Shown: positions 14,437 to 20,000 of the stretch, one piece after another
How positions within the stretch are numbered: position 1 is the stretch's first letter
Layout: the number at the start of each line of letters is the position of its first letter
IMG/VR virus record: IMGVR_UViG_2606217110_000013
Location: 57,548-77,547 of that record
Direction: 5' to 3' (one strand)
From: an uncultured virus (IMG/VR IMGVR_UViG_2606217110_000013)
Taxonomy: Duplodnaviria; Heunggongvirae; Uroviricota; Caudoviricetes
DNA length: 20,000 nucleotides
Translations under genes and position numbers: made by a program
Notes under the pieces: model-generated
Told to the model about the DNA's origin: nothing
What the model saw: the letters and a program-made list of their open reading frames with translations, nothing else
Database searches by the model: none

Positions 14437-14958
14437 GTGGATAATATAAAGATAGAAATTTTCTCTGGAGAGAAAGATTATGATTTGAATGGTTTTGATT
14501 GCGGTGAAGAATCACTAAATGCCTTTTTAACCAACCACTTAAAAAGGCAGCATGAGGGAAAAATTCTTCGCGCTTATGTGCTTTGCACGAAAGAAGGCAG
14601 ACCAAAAGTGTTAGGGTATTACACTTTGTCAGGTAGCTGCTTTGAAAAGGAGTCCTTACCTTCAAGAAGCCAGCAAAAGAAGGTACCTTATCGGAATGTT
14701 CCAAGTGTTACTTTGGGTAGGCTGGCTTTGGACAAGTCCCTTCAAGGTCAAGGATTTGGCTCAATGCTTGTAACACATGCAATGCGCGTTGTGTACAATG
14801 CATCTCTTGCTGTAGGCATTCATGGACTTTTCGTTGAGGCGTTAAATGACAAAGCCAAGGCGTTTTATAAAAGTTTAGACTTTATCCAGCTGGTTGGTAA
14901 CAACGAGCGTTCTTTGTTCTATCCTACAAAATCTATCGAAAAATTGTTCGAAGAATAA
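14437..14958 (+). CDS. ataT: GNAT acetyltransferase toxin, AtaT/KacT-like (aminoacyl-tRNA acetylation)
   Basis: FDCGEESLNAFL, LGYYTL, LGRLALD, QGQGFG acetyl-CoA loop, Y144; directly follows antitoxin. Confidence 0.92.
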   Translation: MDNIKIEIFSGEKDYDLNGFDCGEESLNAFLTNHLKRQHEGKILRAYVLCTKEGRPKVLGYYTLSGSCFEKESLPSRSQQKKVPYRNVPSVTLGRLALDKSLQGQGFGSMLVTHAMRVVYNASLAVGIHGLFVEALNDKAKAFYKSLDFIQLVGNNERSLFYPTKSIEKLFEE

Positions 14959-14963
14959 TGTAC

Positions 14964-14981
14964 TCCCCTCAAGTGAGGGGA
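14964..14981. terminator. Hairpin between convergent toxin and spanin genes
   Basis: TCCCCTC-AAGT-GAGGGGA. Confidence 0.5.
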
Positions 14982-14989
14982 ACTTCGCA

Positions 14990-15205
14990 TCACCAACCGC
15001 AAACTCTCTCTCCCATCGTATTGTGAAAAAGGATTTGGCGTTCGGTTTCTTCGGTCATCACATCATTATTGCTGATATAGATAGGCCCAGCTCCATCGCA
15101 GAACAATACGCTGGCGGTTTGTGGTTTAATGACGCACCCACTTATCATACAACTCACGATGAACGGCAGAAGCATCTTTCTGACGTATTTTATTGCTCGT
15201 CTCAT
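14990..15205 (-). CDS. Putative o-spanin (Rz1-like lipoprotein)
   Basis: Basic N-terminus, hydrophobic stretch, lipobox ISGC, extra Cys residues; overlaps the 3' end of the i-spanin in another frame. Confidence 0.75.
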   Translation of the reverse strand: MRRAIKYVRKMLLPFIVSCMISGCVIKPQTASVLFCDGAGPIYISNNDVMTEETERQILFHNTMGERVCGW

Positions 15206-15377
15206 TCACCACTTCCACTGTGCTTTGAAGTCGTTTTCTGTCTTCCTGTTTTGCCTTCTCTTCCATTGCTCGTCGCGCCGCATTCCCGCCCATCGTGTAA
15301 GCGCCGACAAGAACGAAAAGAACGGCAGCCAGCGTAATCAAAGCAACTTTTAGCTTTGTCATCAGGCTGCCTAGCAT
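15126..15377 (-). CDS. Putative i-spanin (Rz-like)
   Basis: N-terminal TM followed by charged helical region; directly after endolysin. Confidence 0.7.
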   Translation of the reverse strand: MLGSLMTKLKVALITLAAVLFVLVGAYTMGGNAARRAMEEKAKQEDRKRLQSTVEVVNETSNKIRQKDASAVHRELYDKWVRH

Positions 15378-15378
15378 A

Positions 15379-16071
15379 TTAGACCATCCCTTTCTGGTGT
15401 TTTCTTACCTGCGACCAGGCAATGAATCCGGCCACAACAATAGTGGCAATACCGAAGATGATGCGTACTGTATCCCCGCTAGAGATATGACCTTGTGCTT
15501 TATCCATAGCAGCGGAAACCTGCGGCATAACATCGGCCAGCTGCGCCAGACCAATACCTGCTGTAACAGTTGCGCCTGCGGTTTCTTTAGTTACAGGAAC
15601 AGCCTTCACGGTTTTCACCGGCTTAACAACGCCAGCTCGACGCAGACCTTCCTCAATAACTTCTGCCGCATACCAGGTGTTCAGCGTTTTTAGCGGACCT
15701 CGCCCATTCTCATGGCGAATGATTGCCTCAACCAAAGGTCGAAGAATGTCGTAATCATGCAGATCGATAATCATGTCTGCGGTTACACCAACGGCTTTAG
15801 ACACCTCATTAATGTAGGCGTCAGTATTGTTTTCATTCGGCGGTGCCCAACGTTCAATAACTTCACGAATGGTATCGATACTTGAGCCGTCTTTTGCGCG
15901 ACGTTTGTCGTGGTAGGTAATTAGAGTCACCGCCAGCGCACGAATCCCCCAAACAGGGTCTTTAAACGTGCAAAAGCGCGGTTCGTCTGGATTCGCAACC
16001 AGACCTTGCCACGGTGATCCTTTATCAAGATTACCGGGGTTATTATTACGAATGCCTCTCGGAGTCTTCAT
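15379..16071 (-). CDS. Endolysin, lysozyme-like fold, with hydrophobic C-terminal tail (230 aa)
   Basis: RGIRNNNPGNL, F..P.WGIRA, RWAPPNENNTDAY, AIIRHENG motifs; AGGAG/AAGG RBS before ATG 16071. Confidence 0.85.
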   Translation of the reverse strand: MKTPRGIRNNNPGNLDKGSPWQGLVANPDEPRFCTFKDPVWGIRALAVTLITYHDKRRAKDGSSIDTIREVIERWAPPNENNTDAYINEVSKAVGVTADMIIDLHDYDILRPLVEAIIRHENGRGPLKTLNTWYAAEVIEEGLRRAGVVKPVKTVKAVPVTKETAGATVTAGIGLAQLADVMPQVSAAMDKAQGHISSGDTVRIIFGIATIVVAGFIAWSQVRKHQKGMV

Positions 16072-16084
16072 CCTTGATCTCCTG

Positions 16085-16408
16085 TTATTGCAGTCCACTT
16101 TTTACGCCATACGCGGCTAACCCCAAAAGCAGTGCGGTAATAATGAACGACGTTATTTTAGAAACAATGCCGCCAAAGAACCCACTTGAGATGGAATCTA
16201 ACCGGTTAAGGAGTTTGTCCAGATTGGAGTGTTGAATACTATGTTGCGCCGGGGTCATATCACCAAAGTAGGTTTTCAGCTGATCATTGACCTCCTGGCC
16301 AATTTCTTCACGTAGCTCTTTACCTAATTTGCCAACAACCTCCCGAGCAACGATCGCGGCAATACGCTCAACTTGCTCTGTTGTAACGCCCGCCATCTCG
16401 TTCGACAT
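16085..16408 (-). CDS. Putative holin-like membrane protein (107 aa)
   Basis: First gene of lysis cassette, C-terminal TM (ITSFIITALLLGLAAYGV); GGAGG RBS favours ATG 16408. Confidence 0.6.
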   Translation of the reverse strand: MSNEMAGVTTEQVERIAAIVAREVVGKLGKELREEIGQEVNDQLKTYFGDMTPAQHSIQHSNLDKLLNRLDSISSGFFGGIVSKITSFIITALLLGLAAYGVKSGLQ

Positions 16409-16469
16409 GTTTTCCTCCATGAAAAGTCAAATCGGGATGGCGGATTTATATCACATTTCACCCTTTTGT

Positions 16470-16491
16470 TGTAGGTGTGTACTTACCTATC
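16470..16491. promoter_or_regulatory. 22-bp motif copy 6, upstream of lysis cassette
   Basis: TGTAGGTGTGTACTTACCTATC. Confidence 0.6.
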
Positions 16492-16723
16492 ATTCAGCAT
16501 TGCAACCGATTGATGAGAAAGCACCTACTCCAACCCATCGCCAGTTATAGATGCTACCCGCTTTGTATAAGGTATAGTCGTTCACTTTTTTAACAGCATA
16601 TATGGGTATGACTGTCTCCTGTCCACCAATGATAGCTTCACCATAACATATAGGTGTCGGCAATTTCTGGCAGCCAGTAAGAGAGAGAACAACAGCTATT
16701 GTTAGAAATAATCTTTTCATCAT
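16490..16723 (-). CDS. cor: Cor-family superinfection-exclusion lipoprotein
   Basis: Lipobox LTGC; PIC.G.AIIGGQET...IY.V.K....T.YKAG...NW.WV...F....C pattern of phi80/N15/T1 Cor. Confidence 0.85.
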   Translation of the reverse strand: MMKRLFLTIAVVLSLTGCQKLPTPICYGEAIIGGQETVIPIYAVKKVNDYTLYKAGSIYNWRWVGVGAFSSIGCNAE

Positions 16724-16730
16724 TTACTCA

Positions 16731-17339
16731 TCAGTTATACAGATTTCTATTTATTACCGGTACTCTGCCATTTACGCTAAAACTATGGCCGCCATTAAGT
16801 TGGTTTACGAATATCGAGCTAACAGTATTTCCATATGCCGCATATCCATAAACCATTGTCATGGCTCCGCCCGGTACTGGAACAGCGAACACATTCGCAT
16901 ATGTTGGGATTATCGCTGGAGGGTAATCAAAAACATGCCCTCCAGAGCTGTTCCACTCCGTATTATTAAGAAAGGTAAATGAAAGTGGGATATTTGCCGT
17001 ATTATAGATTTCCCCCCCTTGTGCATTGAAAAAACTCATGCCCCAAGTTTCTTTTTTGGCTATACCTTTCGAAAATACGTATATCGTGGCACTAGAGTCG
17101 CTACCCTGACCTCCGAAACTGTAAATCACCTGGTTGTTACGCACTATTCTGTTGGCTATTAATGAAACAGCTTTCGAATAGGCAACAAAAATAATCGGTG
17201 AACGATCTGGAGATATTTTGGTGTTAAACTCTGTCCCGCCGGACAAAGAAACAACCTGCTTTCTCTGAAAAACGATAGGAGACAAAGAAGGAGACATCCA
17301 GACCTTCCCGTCAGATCGATATATCTTGCTTCCGTACAT
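16731..17339 (-). CDS. Putative tail-tip/receptor-binding protein (202 aa), like the gene preceding cor in phi80/N15
   Basis: Beta-rich; YG.....DGKVW and WGMSFFNAQG repeats; synteny with cor. Confidence 0.65.
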   Translation of the reverse strand: MYGSKIYRSDGKVWMSPSLSPIVFQRKQVVSLSGGTEFNTKISPDRSPIIFVAYSKAVSLIANRIVRNNQVIYSFGGQGSDSSATIYVFSKGIAKKETWGMSFFNAQGGEIYNTANIPLSFTFLNNTEWNSSGGHVFDYPPAIIPTYANVFAVPVPGGAMTMVYGYAAYGNTVSSIFVNQLNGGHSFSVNGRVPVINRNLYN

Positions 17340-17593
17340 TATTTTTGAAAAACCAATATGTTTAAATTACCACTAGCTCCAGACCACGAAATGGTATTTC
17401 CAGAAACCGTAAGACTTGTGTACTTTCCATTGGTTACGTCCATTATGTAATAGTCGATTCCCAATCCCGCCTCAACCTCATATGTTCTACTTCCTGAACC
17501 AGAGGGAGTAAAATAATCGAGGTAATAAACAGGGGCCAACGCATTGACCATCTCCTGTCTTGATGGCGACCAAACCTGTGCACCATAGCTCAT
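17339..17593 (-). CDS. Small tail-tip accessory protein (84 aa)
   Basis: MSYGAQVW...VSGNTISW pattern; AAGGA RBS; TAATG coupling to next gene. Confidence 0.65.
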   Translation of the reverse strand: MSYGAQVWSPSRQEMVNALAPVYYLDYFTPSGSGSRTYEVEAGLGIDYYIMDVTNGKYTSLTVSGNTISWSGASGNLNILVFQK

Positions 17594-17618
17594 AAATATA
17601 TCCTTATACTTTTAAGCA

Positions 17619-17641
17619 GGGGCTGGTTTAGCTCCAGCCCC
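17619..17641 (-). terminator. GC hairpin after the tail fibre gene
   Basis: GGGGCTGG-N7-CCAGCCCC; weak U-tail, may be a stabiliser or leaky terminator. Confidence 0.5.
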
Positions 17642-17653
17642 GATTGAAGTTGT

Positions 17654-20000
17654 TTATTCTTTAGGTGAATTTAACTTCGTTTCAAGCTCCTCAACCCTTT
17701 TGGTCAATTGCTGAATATGATGAATGAGTGGTACAACCAAACGCTCATACATCACTCCTTCAGCGACCATACCATTTGAGGAAATATCTTCTGGAGAATC
17801 ATTATTTGTTGGTTCACGCCAATGGACATATTGCGGGGCAATCTCACCAACCTCTTCAGCAATAAGGCCGTAATACCCCCAATCCTTTCGGTCACCTCGA
17901 CAAATTGAACGATACCAAACAGGTCTTAATGACAAAAGTTCATCAGCATATCGATCTTGTAATGTTTCAATATCCTTTTTATAGCGCCTTGAAGACGTTG
18001 AACGCCAAACTGTATTGATACCTGGGTTTGGATCAATGTACATATTGGCACCGCTAGTAGTTGTGCCAATATCCCATATAGCAAACCCTCCACTACCGCC
18101 TGATTTGACAACCAGTGTTTCAGCAACAATATCCAGGTTGCCACTATAGCCTGTCAGTGATGATCTGCTTGCATAGGAGCTTAGAAGGTTTGCTACCTCT
18201 GTTTTCGTGTAAGCATTAAGGTTAGCCGCAGTCAAAGTTATATCGGCAGAGCCATCAAACGCCACACCAGCAATTTTCCTTGCTGTCTGCAATTTTGTGG
18301 CGGTTGCGGCATTACCAGTAGTGTTCTGATTACCAGTTGTATTCACACCAGGGATTGAATCCTTAGCGGTATATACCTGCGCCCACGCTGACCATGCTGC
18401 ACCTGTGTTATCTCTTCGTGAGCGAATGAAAACTGGCGCATGTGCACCGCTCGTACCACTCCAGCCAATAAGCAACTCGCCCTCACCAGCAGCACTCGCA
18501 CCTTTCATGTGCAATACGTTGCCATACGTGGTCGGGTAGCTATTGTTGTACGCCTCATACATTTGAATGCCAGCAGTGCCTTGAGTAGAGCCGCTTAACG
18601 CCGTAACTCGGCCACGAGATACCAATGTATTAATGTTGATATCGCCTGAACCATCAAACTTAACACCATTGATGTTTCTCGCTGTTTGCAACTTCGTAGC
18701 TGTTGAAGCATTACCGTTCAAACTACCATTTACGCCACCAGTCACATTTAGTCCATTACCAATTGATACAGCACCGCTGGTATTATTAATTGTAATCGGT
18801 CGCAAACCGTTCCATGAACCTAATGTGTCTCCTGATGCTGTTAGCAGGAAATATGTGTTCGCCCCATCATTACGGATAAAGAACCCATAGTTACCGTAAG
18901 CAATGCGGAAACCATTTGCATATTTTGAAACGATCTCACCAGAAGACGTTACCCCCCCAGATAATGTGCCACCTGAAAGCGGTAATGCTCCTACATCAGA
19001 AGCTGTTGGTTTGTTTCTGGTGTTATAAGAACGACGCCAGCCTGGCGCATAATCACTTCCATTGTACACATAAATAAATTCCGCATTATTAACACCACCA
19101 TGACCCGATGTTGTTGTCGTTGTAACACGAATAGTGTAATGGCTTGTTGCCTTATTACTAAACACCTCAATCACGGAACCAGATAGATCGATCCTACCGC
19201 AACCAGTGTCGTCTATATAATTATTGTTGGCGTAAGCCCATGAGCACCGTGCAATCCAATATTTGTTTGAAAATGCACCCTGATTATTTAGCCACGTTAT
19301 AAACTGAGCAGTCGTAAATGCTGTTCCGTTACCACTATTTAACCATCCGGCGGCAGCGGTTGGTGCGTTTATATCAGCCGGCTGAGGCATAAATCCAGTC
19401 GTGTAAACCTGCTCCCAACCACTTTCAAAACCATAGCCATCTCTTGAGGAACGGTAGAACAGACCACCATTTTTATAGTGAGCTTTAATTTGAAGCGTAC
19501 GGCAACTACCTACACCGGTATAAAAGTTGGCAAGAATATAACTAGCGCCTGCTCTAGTTACATTGTAAGCACCAGATTCAGCATTCCACGGCACGCCACC
19601 ATCAGCATCCGCATATGTATCCGTTGCCCTTCTGGCAAAAGCAGCCACATGCGCGGCGGTTAAAGTGATATCTTTGGAACCATCAAACTCAACACCAGAA
19701 ACCCGTCTTGGCGTTTGCAGCTTTGTTGCTGTTAATGCATTACCGTTCAGACTTGCGGACAGTTTGGTTCCAATAACCAGTTCGCCGGTTGCGTTATCAA
19801 TAGCAAACGGTCTTAATGTATTCCAGCCACCATAAACATCACCTTGATTGGTAAGCAGCAGGTAAGTTTTAGCGCCATCATTACGCCATAATGCCCCATA
19901 CTCCCCACCTATCATTCGAATCTGATTACCACCACGCGCTACAATTTCGTCTGTGGCAAAAAGTTTTTTGCACGACAAGTTATCGTTAACGATTAACGAA
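17654..20000 (-). CDS. Side tail fibre (Stf-like) with C-terminal peptidase S74 intramolecular chaperone; 5' end beyond window
   Basis: Frame open to the window edge (SLIVNDNLSCKK); three GNA.TATKLQT.R...GV.FDGS.DI repeats; C-terminal SSRRYKKDI...GLIAEEV...YERLVVPLIHHIQQL. Confidence 0.92.
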   Translation of the reverse strand, partial: SLIVNDNLSCKKLFATDEIVARGGNQIRMIGGEYGALWRNDGAKTYLLLTNQGDVYGGWNTLRPFAIDNATGELVIGTKLSASLNGNALTATKLQTPRRVSGVEFDGSKDITLTAAHVAAFARRATDTYADADGGVPWNAESGAYNVTRAGASYILANFYTGVGSCRTLQIKAHYKNGGLFYRSSRDGYGFESGWEQVYTTGFMPQPADINAPTAAAGWLNSGNGTAFTTAQFITWLNNQGAFSNKYWIARCSWAYANNNYIDDTGCGRIDLSGSVIEVFSNKATSHYTIRVTTTTTSGHGGVNNAEFIYVYNGSDYAPGWRRSYNTRNKPTASDVGALPLSGGTLSGGVTSSGEIVSKYANGFRIAYGNYGFFIRNDGANTYFLLTASGDTLGSWNGLRPITINNTSGAVSIGNGLNVTGGVNGSLNGNASTATKLQTARNINGVKFDGSGDININTLVSRGRVTALSGSTQGTAGIQMYEAYNNSYPTTYGNVLHMKGASAAGEGELLIGWSGTSGAHAPVFIRSRRDNTGAAWSAWAQVYTAKDSIPGVNTTGNQNTTGNAATATKLQTARKIAGVAFDGSADITLTAANLNAYTKTEVANLLSSYASRSSLTGYSGNLDIVAETLVVKSGGSGGFAIWDIGTTTSGANMYIDPNPGINTVWRSTSSRRYKKDIETLQDRYADELLSLRPVWYRSICRGDRKDWGYYGLIAEEVGEIAPQYVHWREPTNNDSPEDISSNGMVAEGVMYERLVVPLIHHIQQLTKRVEELETKLNSPKE

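Noticed and set aside
12860..15693. ORFs opposite par, TA and lysis genes (12860..13270, 14258..14704, 14894..15337, 15397..15693)
   Set aside because: Shadow frames of recognisable genes with no independent support.
17594..20000. Invertible tail-fibre (cin/gin-type) system or diversity-generating retroelement
   Set aside because: No invertase, inverted alternative fibre ends, reverse transcriptase or template/variable repeat pair in the window.

Overview
The window is a 20-kb segment of a temperate enterobacterial phage-plasmid; gene content and order resemble the SSU5/pHCM2-like group (recognised from memory, not searched). The backbone runs on the minus strand, from right to left: a side tail fibre with a C-terminal S74 chaperone (5'-truncated by the window), two tail-tip/receptor-binding-type genes and a Cor lipoprotein, a lysis cassette, a type Ib par pair, a replication operon (hypothetical, DnaB-like helicase, TOPRIM primase), two hypotheticals, an ATP-dependent DNA ligase, small membrane proteins, a ~1.45-kb non-coding RNA operon and a glutaredoxin. 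Accessory genes sit between these modules: an AT-rich HEPN (RxxxxH) protein, a Sel1-repeat exported protein with a divergent frameshifted lipoprotein, a DUF2971 protein and an AtaR/AtaT-type toxin-antitoxin pair. The most unusual signals are non-coding. (i) The RNA operon interleaves four tRNAs (one a non-canonical 8/4 tRNA-Ser) with at least four c4-antisense-like long-stem RNAs carrying different loops and a pseudoknotted tRNA mimic, with no antirepressor target nearby. (ii) A fully punctuated ~90-nt counter-transcribed RNA lies between helicase and primase. (iii) A 22-bp pseudo-palindromic motif recurs at the 5' end of six transcription units. All family assignments are from motif recognition only.
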